64,000 nt of DNA from Paraspadella gotoi (taxonomy: Eukaryota; Animalia; Chaetognatha): positions 2,845,812 to 2,909,811 of the forward strand of contig CM119266.1 in assembly GCA_051294375.1 (NCBI GenBank). The letters are read 5' to 3'. The notes under the pieces are model-generated. The model saw only the letters and a program-made list of their open reading frames with translations, did not search any database and was not told the DNA's origin. Shown here piece after piece: positions 12,224 through 25,533 of the stretch (positions within the stretch are counted from its first letter, which is position 1; each line of letters starts with the position of its first letter). The position numbers and the translations under genes are program-made.

Positions 12224-15200
12224 ATGGCGTCGGTGATCGATCGAGAGGTCGAACCGATCGCTTCGTCAAATGACGGTGGGACGACGAAGACCCCGACTCT
12301 TTCAGAATCTCCCACCACATTGCCGTCATCTTCGCCAAAACTCTGCTCTCTCGCCGCTTCCCCGCCACACCCCTCTTCCTCCGCATTTTCAGCTCCACTC
12401 ATCAACGTCTACGGAAGCGGAGCGTTGATCGGGCAACTCTCGACCGATGATTCCGGCTTCTGCCTGAAGGACGGGTCGCCGAGTCATGATGAAGCGGAAA
12501 GACGGATAATCGATTCCGACGCCGAAGTTACCGCCACCCTGACGAACGACTCGAACGAAGACTCTGTCGTCTCAACCACCATCGACAAAGATTCGCGTCC
12601 GTCGACGGATTCAAATAATGATCCAACGCCTCCGAACGACTGTGCCGCTTCGCTCACTGACACCGTTGAAGTCAAGTCTGCTTTATTTTCTGAAAATGTC
12701 GAACTAAACGCAGTTTTTTTGACCGATGCTGTCCAAGTCGAACCGACGTCTTCGATTGACTCCGCCAGCGACAAAGACGCCTCGGCGGCCGAGACCGACG
12801 TGAAGTTCGAAATCCAAGTCGAATCGACGCAGGGAGTCCAGCTCGTCGAATACGAAAAATCCTCTCGCCTCGCCTCTACGGATCTCGGCGTCGAAATCCC
12901 CACCGACTGGCGGAACTTTCCGCTCGTCTTGTGGACAAAGAAGGAAGTCGATGACGGCATCGCCTCCGTCCATCGACAGGCAGAGGACGACGAAATTGAC
13001 GACGCCCCCTCTCGGGCGGCCACGCCCTCCTGGTCCACGGAGGGTTCGAGACCTTTGCGAAATTTTGAAGAGCTCCTTGCCTTGCTGCCCTGTGATTTGC
13101 GGGGCTGGACCGTCCACGGGTCCGCTCGTGGATCCGAGCTCGCCTTGCTTCACTCCGTCTTCGACTTTAAGACGCTGAATGCCGTCAACGACGTCGTCGT
13201 CGTCTTCGAGCGGGTTGAGGGAAAGTTTAAAAAGTGAGCGGAGATTCCTGAGATAGACATGGACAAAGGACCTCTCCCTAAATTCATATTTCATCTTCAT
13301 TGATTTAAGTGCGAGATAAACCTGTTCTCTTCTTTTAGGTCAACCTTGTCCTTGCCAAAAGATCCTCCTCAAGACCGATCGACCCGCCATCTCCTCGACG
13401 AGGCGCGCGGATCCCGCGATCGATCCTTCTCCGCCTTTAAACTGGACGAGGCATACCCAGACTCTGGTTCCGATCCCGAAGCTCGGTGGAACTTTCTCGT
13501 AAAGAACCTGTCCAACGGAAACGTGCACAAGTTCGCCGGTGGGTGATCACTGGACATTATAGTAATCAATATTGTGTCAAACATATCGTGAACTAAGCTT
13601 AATTCGGAAAATCTGATAATTAGTAAAAATCGCCTAAGATTTCCCATATACCAACCCTGCTTCCCGCCACGTCCCAATTCCCAGGAGCCAGAACTCTGAC
13701 CGTCTCCTCGGTGACCTCCATCATGAAGTTCGCCCTCAAGGTTCCGTCGTCGCTGAAGCCGGAAAAGCGGAAACTCACGGACGAAGAGTTCTCTCATCTC
13801 ACGGAGCTTCATTGCAAGAAGGCCAGATCGGGTGAGGCTTCTTTTTCTTTCCCCATAAGTTTCTTGGAAAGTAAAATTGACGAATACTTCCGCGTTAAAA
13901 TCGCTCAGACTCCCCCACGTCGAATGGACCCAACCAGTCGACCGGACAGATTCTCGAATGCTTCAAATGTAAGAAGTATATCTCAGTGAATCAGTGGTCG
14001 CAGCATCCTTGCTTCAAACAAGCCGTTGGCGGAGACGTCAGTTTGGGCGGTGGCGTCAACCTATCCCCGTCGTACGTTCGGGAAGTCGGTCCCAAGAGGG
14101 GCACATCCCGAAACGAGCATTTCTGCAAATATTGCAAGTTAAGGTGCGTCGGAGATCTTAACTCGCATTTAAATTTTCCTCTTTCACGTCCTGATTCCAT
14201 ATTCGTGATCAAAAAGGTTCAAGGACCGCAAGTCTTTGCTGGGACACGAATCCCGGTTTCCCGGAGGCTCTTGCAATATGGTCATCAATTGTAGGTAAGG
14301 TTATTATTCCCTTACCTACTTTTCCGCTATAGACAATAATTAAGTAATGAAAAACCGAGAAACAGAACTAATATTGAAATCCAAAACGAAAGTGTATCAA
14401 TTCAAGTTCAACACTGTAAAAGAGATTGAGAAATTCAATCTCATTTAAGATCATATTAAATAATCATCCCTTACACTCTTTCATCACAGTATCTGTAAAA
14501 GGAAGTTCACTAGTCGCGGCAGCTACGCAATCCATCTGCAGAATGAGGGACGGCAGTGCAAAAAGGGACATTTTCGGTATTGTTGCGGTAACGGTAAATC
14601 GCCGATATAAAACTACCAACTGCATTCTCATCACTTTTCCCAGGTGCAAGGTTTGCAAATCTTTTTGGGGCGACGATTTGGAGCTGATCGATCATTTCCG
14701 ACGTTCCCATTCATGCAGCAAATGTCGTTTTCAGCCTAACAGGTTAGTCACTGGTCGCTCCAAAGTTGACGATTTTTTACTCTCTTTCAAATTTTTTGAA
14801 GGTAATTCTGATTTAACATTTATTTCTTCAGTTTCGAAGACTTTTCTATCCATTGCAAATCTTGCATCCGCACATCCAACGGTGCTCCGACTTCGACGCC
14901 CACCGGCCTTTCCTGCAAACACTGCTTCCTCATCTTCAACTCGCCAGCCGATCTCTCGATCCACCTCCGTAACTCTCGTTCCTGTGGCGGCGCCCCCGCC
15001 TTTGAGTGCTGCGAATGCGGTATCACTTTCGCCACGGGCCGCGAGCGCGCCGAGCACGAGCGGCGCTGGCACAACCAACGTTCCTATCAGCATCGCTGCC
15101 CGCACTGTCCGAAAAACTTCGCAGCCGCTGAGATGCTCAAGATGCACATGTCCAAGGTGCACCCGAGCGGGGTGACAAAAATGGCGCCGTCTCACGATTG

Positions 15201-15579
15201 CTCCGCCTGCAACCTCAAGTTCATATCCTTCTCCGGCCTCACGAGACACCTGAAGATGAAGCACGGCGTCCCTCGACGGTCGACCGGCGCCTCGGGTCCC
15301 GATGACGCTGCTAAGACTTCGGCGTCGAAGGCGCCCGTCTTCGAAACGAAACCCGTCACGCTTAAACTGGACGAAAGCGACTTTCTCGACCTCGACGACG
15401 CCGCCGAGCCACCAGACGATCCCGGCGGAACGGCGCCGCCCCTAGACAACGGCGACCTCCTCGACGATCTGGCGCGACCGGCGCCGGAAGGCATCGCCTT
15501 GAAATGCGGCGTGTGCTTCTTGTTCTTCGACGACGCGGGGGAACTGAAAAAGCATCAAGTCTTTTGCGGGAAAGGATGA
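12224..15579 (+). CDS. Multi zinc-finger protein (C2H2 and C2HC fingers) with long acidic/Ser-rich N-terminus; about 7 exons
   Basis: ATG 12224 opens a 337-aa ORF. Spliced 3' part gives CKYC, CSIC, CKVC..H...H, CKHC, CCEC..H...H, CPHC..HMSKVH, CSAC..HLKMKH, CGVC..HQVFC; stop at 15579. Confidence 0.75.
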
Positions 15580-15854
15580 AGTTTTTTTGAGAGTGGTAAA
15601 AAGAGGTTAGGAGTGGGATGTGTCGCGGTATAGTGTGGCATGACTCGGTGTGGAGACGGAGAGACGAAGAGATGCTTCTTCTAGTACGCGCATTTTTTTT
15701 TAACTGCGCCCGTTATTTTTGATGCTGCCAGTTTCGTGGGGTTTTTTAGTTGAGCCGCCATTGCTCGATTACTTTTTTTTTTGATCTATTTGTTTGTTAA
15801 ATTGATATTTTCAAATTAAATAATTGCGATATTTTTCCTTTCTTTTTCGTTGTT

Positions 15855-16254
15855 TGAATTAGAGAAAGTTTGATTTTTATTTGACAACGATTGGTTTGAA
15901 ATTATTTTTTTGTATAAAGGAAGAGAGAGAGAGATAAACAGAGAGAGAGAGAGGGCAAAAGTTTCCAACACAGAGTATAGAAAGGACAGCGGTCAATTGG
16001 TGAGGACAGGCTGAAGTTGATGAAAGACAGATTAAGTTGTGAAAAGAAGTGAAATGGTGAGAGAGAAAAAAGAGAGAGAGAGTGCAAAAATTTACATTGT
16101 GCAATGTATAACAATAATAAAGTTTTTTAAACTGATGAATTTTAGTGAAAGTTTGTTAACGCTGAAGAAGGCTTGAAAGTAAAGCCCAAACATGTCTGTT
16201 TTATAGTAATAAAACCAATCGTTGTCAAATCCAAATCAAACTTTCTCTAATTGA
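15855..16254 (+). mobile_element. Penelope-type pseudo-LTR fragment with inverted ends and a degenerate hammerhead motif
   Basis: 15857-15897 is the reverse complement of 16213-16252. AACG-CTGAAGA-A-GGCTT(gaaagta)AAGCC-CAAA-CATGTC-TGTT at 16158-16200. Confidence 0.55.
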
Positions 16255-17055
16255 ATGATTATAATTTGGGTAATACTATTTTATTTTATTTTAATTAATA
16301 TTGGTCTGTAGTGAGGTGATGTACCCTGATAATATGTACTTATGTTTCATACTAGTGCAGTAGGTGATCACCTAAAACAATAATCACATGGCAAATAATT
16401 AAATTTGGTAATTAATTTAATATTGAATCATTTCAGTTAATACTTAGTTGGAGTAATAAACCATAAGATGCTTGTTATGCCCGTTTTATATCTATAATTA
16501 ACGTTTCCAAATGATCATGTGATTATATAAGAAAGTTATTGCAGCGGTTCTTGTTTGCATTCAAGGATGTTGACAATTTTATTGTATGTTCGGGTATATA
16601 GTGGCTTGAAGTGTAAAATGAGGGGAGATTTTTTAACATACATATTTTCATTAATCAATTCCGTTATAATGATTTTCTCGTTTCGTTTATGCAAATACTA
16701 TTCGACGGTTTAGTAGTTTAGGCAACTGTTCATCTCTTGAGTTAATCAATTCTATTCGTGACTACTCTATAGAGACGCTTCACTAATCTTTTTTTGATAA
16801 CCGTGATAAACTGCGTTTTTTTTCCTCGCGACTGATATATTTCTTTGTTTTTCACGCAGATGAATCATGGCGTTGATTAACGCGAATTCAAAACTCCCAC
16901 TCGCTATGTTTTTTAGGACAGCGAAAATAAAGACGGTCGCGCCTTTTAGCGTCACGTAATTTTTTTGTGACGTTTCGCGTTAGCCGTTACGTAACTTTGC
17001 GCGACGCTCATCTTTTTAGATTTCTGCTCGAGAGGGCGTGGAAGTGTCCTCGCCC

Positions 17056-20000
17056 ATGGCTTCTAAAGAAGACGACGAGTATGAGGCGACGAAACAGCTC
17101 AGGCGGCTCGAGATGGAGTCGTACGGGTGAGAGAGATAGAGCGAGAGTGTGTATATATATATAATATATGAAATTGGTACAACCAATATAAAAATTATCC
17201 ATTCCCACCCCTTTCTGTTCAGCCTCTTAGATATTATGGTTTTTCATTAATGACTTTCTAACAGAAATGATGTGTGATATCTATTAGAAAACTAGGACAG
17301 ATAGTAATCTAACCTTGTGTTGTATAGATGCTCCCTCTATTTCCAGAAGACAACACTGACTTCCCCTTCCCAAATTGAATTATTAGATAAATAAAACATT
17401 TTTAAGAAAGAAAGCAATATATATTTGATTAAATAATAAGATTAAATACTAAATCCTTCATAAAATATAAAAATAAAAAATAGTGAAACAAGTAATTTGC
17501 AAATTTTCATAATACTACGACTCCTATCACTTTTCCTTCCTTCAGCGCCACATTGTCGGCCTTTCGGGCACAAGGTGAACTGACGGCGGAGAAGCGTCGC
17601 CTCCTGTCGGAAATGGCGCGGATGTTGCACATTGACGCCGGGAGACATCGATCCGAGGTCCGGAGGGTAGTCAACGAGGAAAGGCTGGGGCGAATCTGCA
17701 AGATCTTGACTGGTAATTAACGCCGACTCCCGAAAGTAACGAATTACAACGATAGTTTGTCCAACAATATTTGGAATCATTGTATTTGTAGTTAGAAGTG
17801 ATGAACGGAATTATGTAGGATTCTGTGGCAGTACGACTTAAAGCTGCCTCACTGCTGTCCGTCATCAGCCGAGCAGGCTAAATCATCTCATTTAAACCGT
17901 GCGTCCCGGGTTCAATCCCTGGGTATCCCGGTTCTGGTTTAAATGTGACAGAGACGGTTTAAAGGTGCCAGTGACAGGAGGCGGTCACGGAGGGTCCGCA
18001 GCCCCTACGCCCGTTGGTGATATTCCCCGCGCCCCGGGTATCACAGGCAATCCTCCCCTTACCATAATTCAAAACTATCTTGTACACTAATGTATGCTTA
18101 GAAACATTATTGCAATTTATTGATCATTATGATTTTCTGTAAAATCTAGTTTATATTGTATTACAATATTTTTAATTTAAAATTTCGAATATTTAAAAAA
18201 ACTAGGATCAGAGAATCTATCCTCATCTTTTTATTCCCTCGAAGGTAAACCCCCGTCGGCCGATTGGTTGATGGAGTGTCGTCGAGTCGTCCCCGTCGCC
18301 TCCCGTCGCCTCTACCCGGTCGCCTTCCACAACGCTGGCAACGCCCACGGAGTCCCGTTGACGGCGTTTAAGGATCGCGCGGATGATGTCGCCGCCGCGT
18401 GGAAGAAGCGCCCGCGGAAGATTTCGCCGGATCGGCCCGTCGGCGCCCCCGTCAGCGACGCTAGTGAAATGAACGCACCACCGGCGTTCTCGGCGTCCTC
18501 GGCCAGCTCCGCCGCCGCTCCTTTGGATTTCTCTTCGGAATCCTCGGGCGCCGAAATTTCCCAGCATCAGCTGTTCAACGGTCCGCACCCGCGTCCGCAC
18601 AAACTTGTCGCACCGATTAGCAACGGTGTCCTCCGGTCTCCAAGAACGAGCGCTTCGACGCGTGTGATCCCGGCGATCGCGCCTCGACCCGAGCCGCTGG
18701 CGCCGCCGCCGCCGCCGCCGCAACTCTCGCCCTCCCGTCGAATCTCCAACTCTTACGTTCAAAAGACGCGGTCTTTTCTAAAACCGTCGCCGATCGCTGC
18801 GCCCGACGGGTCGCCGTCCAAAACACCTCGCGCCAACATCCTGTCCAAGCCGTTGCCTTCGACTCACACGGATAAGAACAACAAGGCCAACACCGCCTTG
18901 CACGCCATCCGCGATCTTTACCGCTGCGCCTCGTCCGTTGATCAAACGGGAAAGGTGGTTGAGGGAACGGCGACGCCCACGACAGATAACAAAGACGTCG
19001 CCGGCGCCGTCGCCATCGTCGGACATAGCGTCGTTGAAGAACGTCGATCCAGCGTCGATCTCTCGTCAGTCAAAACGCCGGAGGTTCCACTCAGATTGGC
19101 GTCTTTGGAACTCCCTGCCGTCGCCGCTTCTAATCATTGGAAGCAGGAGTCGATCTTACCGCGGCAGTCGCCGATCGGTCCGCTGCAATCGCCGATGGTG
19201 CAGCAGCAAAGTGCCGTCGCGCATCAGTTGTCTGCCGCTACGGCGCAGCCGGCCGGTTTGGTTTCGACCCCGAGGGTCGCCGAAACCGCCGTCGGCGTCT
19301 CTCTTTATTTGCAATCTCCCGTCCACTCATCGGTCGTGACCGCGAAGAACGACGTTCAAGGAAAAGGTTAATAAAGTTTTAATACAATTCATAAGCGTGT
19401 CCTACTTTTATAATTAATTCATTTTAAAAAGTACCTAAAAATATTAGTATACCACTGAAGAGACAGTAATTGTTGTTGTGTTCGGATCAGGCTGTAACAC
19501 CGGACCTTTGGGTTGGGAGGCGAATGACTTGCCTCCGGCTCCAATGGCCGCTAATGAACGGTTGGTGGTTTTTAGTCCACCCTCACACTTCATTTATAGG
19601 GAATGCAAAGTCTATGGGAGTTATAAACTAGACAGAGTGTTTGTATTGAAAGCTTGACAGGGTCCTAAGAAGTAATTAAAGAGGGAAAGAAAGCGCATTT
19701 ATTTTATCAAACAAGAAGTTGACTTTATTTCAGGTTTGGAAATGTCTATTCCTTCTCCGGAAACGCAGGACGGGAACTTAAACTCTATCAGCTCCAGTTC
19801 TCTTCCTCTTGGAGCTAACATCGTTGCTCAAGAGTTGGACCAAAAACAACTGCTTGCGGTGAGTCGAAGATGATGGTTATGACAATGATGATTTTGATTT
19901 CAATCGGAACTGAGCTGGTTTAAAAAATTTTTTGACCAATGTCAATCCAGTTATTATATTCATAATACCGATATTTCTTACTCTTCGACAGCAACTTAAC

Positions 20001-23000
20001 GACTTGAAGGACAGGCTGAACAAGCGCAGCTCTCGAGCCGGAGCCTCTGGTCGCGTAGCTAAGATGCATCATCATGGCCCGTCGATGTTGCAGCTGGGCA
20101 GTCAGCATTCGGCTTCTGATCAGCGTCAGCTTCACCGACGGGAGCAACAGCCGCAGCATCTCAATAACAATGCAGACGCGAGTGGATCGTCGACGCCGGC
20201 TTTTTTTTCTCAAAGACGAACTGCTGTGCAATTTAGCGGTCAGACGACTGGAAAGATCCCTGGTCAATTAAACGTCACGATGCCTTCGCAGGAAATTTTC
20301 TTTGTGCCTCCTCAAGGGATCCTTGACGACCAAGGTAAAAAGAGAATTTATTGAATCCACTTACTAATTTAAATTGAAAATGGATTTTATTTCTTTCTTA
20401 CTTTTATAATAGGGAAGAAACAGAACTCTTTGGAAACATTGGAACCCAAGCAATCTTGTCCTATTCCAAGAGGTATACAACAACCACGACAAATTATCAT
20501 GGGAACGGAGTGCACTTCCACGGATCTCCTCTTCTCCCAAGGAGGGACTCCGCCCCTTGCCGTACCGACCAGCGCCGTGGGCTCGGCGAACGTCCTTCGC
20601 TTAACGTCGTCGCCCGCTGCTCATCCTTATGGCTCCGTTCTCGCGGCGTCAAACGCCGCCCACTTTTCTTCGACGCCAACGGCCTTCGTTACTCCACCGC
20701 TCAGGCTAGCGGCGCCACCGCTCCTCTTTCCCGCGTTTACTTCGCCAGATCCGCGTTCGGTGGCGGCGCGATCGGCAACGTCATCGGCGGATAAGACGCC
20801 GCCGCCGAATGCGATCCGTCGCTTCCTGGCTCCTCAGACCAAATCGCCGACCGAAGGGCCTTCGTCGTTTCGAACCTTCGGCCATCAAACTCGAATCCCC
20901 GCGCCGCCACCGCCGCCGCCACCACCGCCGCTGTTGCCTTCTATCTCGGCCGATCACGCCGTCGTTCTTTCTTCTCCGTCGTCGTCTTCATCGACGTCGC
21001 GCCTCTCGCGACTTTCGGATTCTTCGGTGACGGATTCCTGGTGTGCCGCTGCCGCTGCCGCTGCGGCCGCCAACGCCGACCCTGAGACAGAGGCTTCTAT
21101 CGTCCCGTCCGCTTCTACTTCGGCAGCGTCGAACCACCACCACCAACAACAACAACAACATCCGCCGCAACAGCCTGACTCCAAGCTTATCAACATTGTG
21201 GGTCCCGACGGCAAAAAATACTGCATTCGCCTTGGACTTGAGGAGTTAGAAAGACGACGCCGCTCATCCTCGACCGGCGCCGTCTCCGCTTCTTCTACGT
21301 CCAGTCAATCTACCGAGGCCGCCGAAGCCGAGACCAACCAAGACGCAGAAAAGAAGAAAGTCTCCGACAATGCGACGAAAGCCTCGACCCCGGCTTTGAC
21401 AGAGACGCCGCGTGTCTCCCCGATCGGCGTCGAACGTCGGACCGAGAGTTGGACGACGCCGGAGACGTCTCTCGCCGCCGCCGGGCGTCCTCCGCCCCCC
21501 CCGCCGCCGCCGCCGCCGGTCGACATCTTCTCCTCGGCTCTCGCCTCCGCCGAGATCGATCTCGACGAGTTTCGGCCCAACGAGATCGAGGAAGGCGAGA
21601 TATTGGACTTTGGTCAATTCGACGCCGCCATGGAGACCCCTGCCATCATGACCGCGGTCGCCGCGTCGCCTATCGATGCCGCAGAGCAGCGAAGGACGCC
21701 CGAGGCTGCGGAGAGCGCCACGACGGCGACGAAATCCGTCGCCGCTCGACACGAAAATGTTGGCTTAAAGACAACGAGGGTCACGAATGTCAGTTCTGTG
21801 CCAACTCTGAACGCCGTCTCCATTTTGCCGTCGCCTTCCACCACTACACTGTCAGTCACCGTTTCCGAGATAAATAAGGCCACGGCAACGACTTTGCCGT
21901 CTTGCTCCAGAATCGGTTTGAGCGGCGGAGAGAAAACTGCGGAGACCGGGGTTATAACTTCTTCCATTAAATCCGTCGCCGTTATTCCACAACAAAGCAG
22001 AACATCTCTCAATTTGACGTCATCTCTGCCCAAAACTGGGACATCGTCTGTCGTCGTCAATTCGGTGGCAATTGCTACTCCTATCGCGTCGCCTCGTGAG
22101 TCGCCAATTAGGCCGTCGTTGGCGCCAAAACTTGTATCAGTAGCAACGACGGTAGCGAACTCAAAGAGCGCGCAACCGACTGTAAAGCCAATCGCTGCCC
22201 AAGTCGCTCCACGAATCGCTGCGCCAATTACTCTGCCAGTGGCTCAGTCAATCGTTCAATCTTCGACTCGGTCTTCTATCCCGTCGGCTGGCGTCGAATC
22301 ACGCGACTTGACTCTCCTTCCTTCGTCGAAACATCCTGTCACGATCCGAGACAACTTCGCCTACAGGACAATGACAACAACGACGACGACCATCCTCTCT
22401 CGACAAAGCGTTTCTGACCTAAAGTCGACGACGGTGACGTCCTCTTCCGTGGTGTCGTCGCCATCGCCGAAGACCGGCTGCATCGAACTCGCTGTCATCA
22501 AGGACGCTCGAGTGGAGAACGGCTTCGTCCTTCAGAGCGAGACAAAGTCTATACCTCTTGGCAACACAGTCGCTTACGAGGAGAGCGAGGAGGAGACGAC
22601 GACAACAACAACAAAAAGTGGAAACGTCGAGGAGGACGCTCGAGAATTATCGACGGAAACCTCGAATATCTCATGGAAATCTCGACGGGTCGAGGATCTT
22701 TTAAAGCGAGAGAACGGAACTTTGGAGGATATGACGATCGAAGGTAATAGCGCGCGAAGCGGAGGCCCGAAGCCAGGGCTGGTCGCTTCCAAAAATCCCT
22801 CGGTGCTCATCGAAAGAAGCGCAACGATGGACGGGTTCCCATTCGTCCCATCGATGTCCAAGCAAAATGGAGGCGCCGTGGCGCCCGAACTTGCCAAAGA
22901 CATGGATCGCGTCAAGGAGGCTTTCTCCAAGTTTCAGGATCAGTTGAGACCGAAAGCGTCAACTATCGATTCAAGGATCTCGTCGACCATGACCCAAGCG

Positions 23001-24078
23001 ACGACCAAATGCAAAAATCGCGATTCTGAAACGCTGACTCTTTTACCCGTTGCCAAACGGTTATCCTCCCTGCCGAGCAGCGTTAAAAATTTGACCGGTC
23101 TGCCTTTGTCTCTGCCGCCCGGCAATGCCAAAAAATTGTCCTCAGTGCCGCTCTCCTTCAATTGCGTACCTGACGAAAGGGACGCCGCTTCGCCTAATAC
23201 CGTCAACGCCAAGTGTCGCAAAAGACGGTTAACTCCTCCGGTTGCCCCGCCCGTTCCTGCCCTTATCCCCGTTCGTGGCCCCCTCGTTAAAAGTTGTGTC
23301 CACGAGACCAAACGCGCAACCAAAGAAACGCGTCACCACGGCGTCGGCAATCTCAACGGCGACATTGGTAAAAAGCGCCCCGCAGTCGGGGAAACCATAG
23401 ATCTGACTTCCGACGCCGAACAGAGCGACGATTCGAGCGGTGACGTCGGCGCCGTGACCCCTGGCGCGGTCGGAGGCGGGGACATGGCGCCGCCCAACAA
23501 AAACGTGCCGTCCTACAACCACGTGCCAAGCTGGGTCAGGGGCACCATGTCGCTTCTGCAAAAAGTTTCAAAATTTAGAGGAAACAAGTCCAAGGGTGAA
23601 CCGGACGCTTCGGCGTGGTTCCTCGCCCCGGTGGATCCTGTTGAAGTACCGGGTTATCGCGAGGTCATCGAGAAGCCCATGGATTTCGGGACGATTCGCC
23701 ACAAGTTGGAAGAGGGCGCTTACGAATCCCTCGACGCTTTTCATCGGGACATGATGCTCGTCAAGTCAAATTGCGAGAGGTTCAATCCGAGCGACCATCC
23801 CGTTTACAAAGATTGCTCACAGGTGGAAATGGAAATGGGGAGGAGGATGAAATGGGAAGGGAGGGAGTGACTAATACCCATTAATGGCTGAATGGATCTG
23901 TTGGTAAAATGGCAGGGATGAAAATAAAACCTGAATTTACCTTAAATTGGGAGTGGGAGAATTTAATTCCGGGAAATTTTTCTGTTTTACATTTTACAAG
24001 TGTTACAATTTATTTGCTTTACGTATTACGTAGCTCGTCGATATTTTTGAAAAAAAAATCATTCAATTCTCATATATT

Positions 24079-24110
<32 letters not shown>

Positions 24111-24641
24111 TATATATATATAAGAAGATTTTGCAATGTCACTGCTGTTAATTTGGTCTTTAAATGCCAGTAAGTCTGTAATATAAAAATAAAACCAAAT
24201 AATTCTGGAAGTAACACGAATTACTTTTAAATAAGCACTGATCATCTTTCGACGTTCATATAATAAATTGAATAACAAAGACTCTTGAAGATCAGTGTTT
24301 TTTAATCACAACTCTTGTTACCTCCAGATAATAGAGTGCAGATCAGAATTATCTCATTTATCCTTAGGCTTATTGGCAAGTAAGGATCAAATCAACTGTA
24401 AGTTAACAAAATCATGACACTAAAACAAACACCCATCGTCAGCTCAAGACACCTCTACGTTTAGTTGTGACTCGAGACTAGCTAGTAAGCAAGGCTAGTA
24501 CAGACTTGTTTTATTTCAATTCCAAATATTCCGCGCTAGGTGTTTGCCTTCTACCTGGACGAATACAACAAGCTGCTGGATAAGTGGCAAAAGAGTCACT
24601 TACTCTCGACCCCTCAATCTGTAAAGAAGAAATCAGCGTGA
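17056..24641 (+). CDS. EMSY: EMSY-like ENT-domain protein with C-terminal bromodomain; 7 exons (approx. 17056-17126, 17546-17712, 18245-19366, 19734-19858, 19992-20334, 20413-23822, 24540-24641)
   Basis: ENT domain LRRLEMESYGATLSAFRAQGELTAEKRRLLSEMARMLHIDAGRHRSEVRRVVNEERL..WLMECRRVVP. Bromodomain WFLAPVDPVEVPGYREVIEKPMDFGTIRHKL..Y..F.RDMMLVKSNCERFNP. All intron phases are compatible. Confidence 0.85.
17824..18066 (+). mobile_element. Solo LTR-like unit (243 bp) with 4-bp TSD and internal B-box
   Basis: ATTC|TGTGGCA...TTACCATA|ATTC; GGTTCAATCCC at 17909-17919; 3' module shared with 28365-28452. Confidence 0.7.
19456..19592 (-). mobile_element. Degenerate copy of the LTR family at 63585-63820
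   Basis: Shares TGAAGAGACAGT, TTCGGATCAGGCTGTAACAC and ATGAACGGTTGGTGG..GTCCAC with 63585-63775. Confidence 0.6.
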
Positions 24642-25533
24642 CAACTTCCTCTATTCTCAGTGCCATTTAAACTTTTTTTCAGTCTAAAATAACTACATTT
24701 CACAAATCTGCGGCGTCTATAATTTAATTGTATCATAAAATACACCATGTATTATTTGTTAGAAAATTTGGAGGAACTACGATTTGTTACAGATTGCTCC
24801 AGACACTGATTTTAATTTAATGTCATCGGGAATTTCTGTGAAATTTTCGGTGCGTTCTACGTTGAAAAATGTAATCAACGTAATTTTTCTTTAACAAAAA
24901 TAATTCTCTCGAATATTCTATTCATTTAAAAAATGTATTGTTTTTAGGAACAATTAATGGCGACGAAATAAGCTAGCTAATTCGAGTGTCTTGCCTTCAG
25001 TAAAACGGAAAAAAAAATTTAATGTTTAAATACTTTGCATCACTGTGAAATTTATAGCGGGTACAGTCTCGTCGACAAAAAAAACTCGAGTCATAAAGTT
25101 AGAATAAATAAAAGGCGGTAAAGAAAGAGTCGAACGTGTGACGTGTCATCCTTTTTAACAGAAAAACTAAGAAACTCATTAAAAACTCTTTAGTCTTCAC
25201 GGAGCGTTCGATTTTTATTAATTGAACACAAAACAAGAACTAAAAATAAGACGCTTCTTTTGCATAGATGCATACTTTCATAGAGAATGGATTTATCGTT
25301 TCAGAATATATATCAAAGTTGTTCACTATATAATTGAAGTTATAATCCTCAGAAAATATACACCCCTTTTGCTCGCGAAAGCGAAATGGAAGAGGTAGGA
25401 AATATAGTTTCCGCGGGAGGAAGCTTCGTCGATTATTTTTGAGCGGAAGGGACGGATTTGAGCGGCAACGAAGGACGAACGACGAAACGGAACTATTCGA
25501 GCGAGAGCGATGAAGAGGAGGATACAAAGTCTT

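Noticed and set aside
20456-23561. Many overlapping and antisense ORFs here and in other GC-rich exons
   Set aside because: Shadow frames of GC-rich low-complexity coding sequence with no recognisable motifs.
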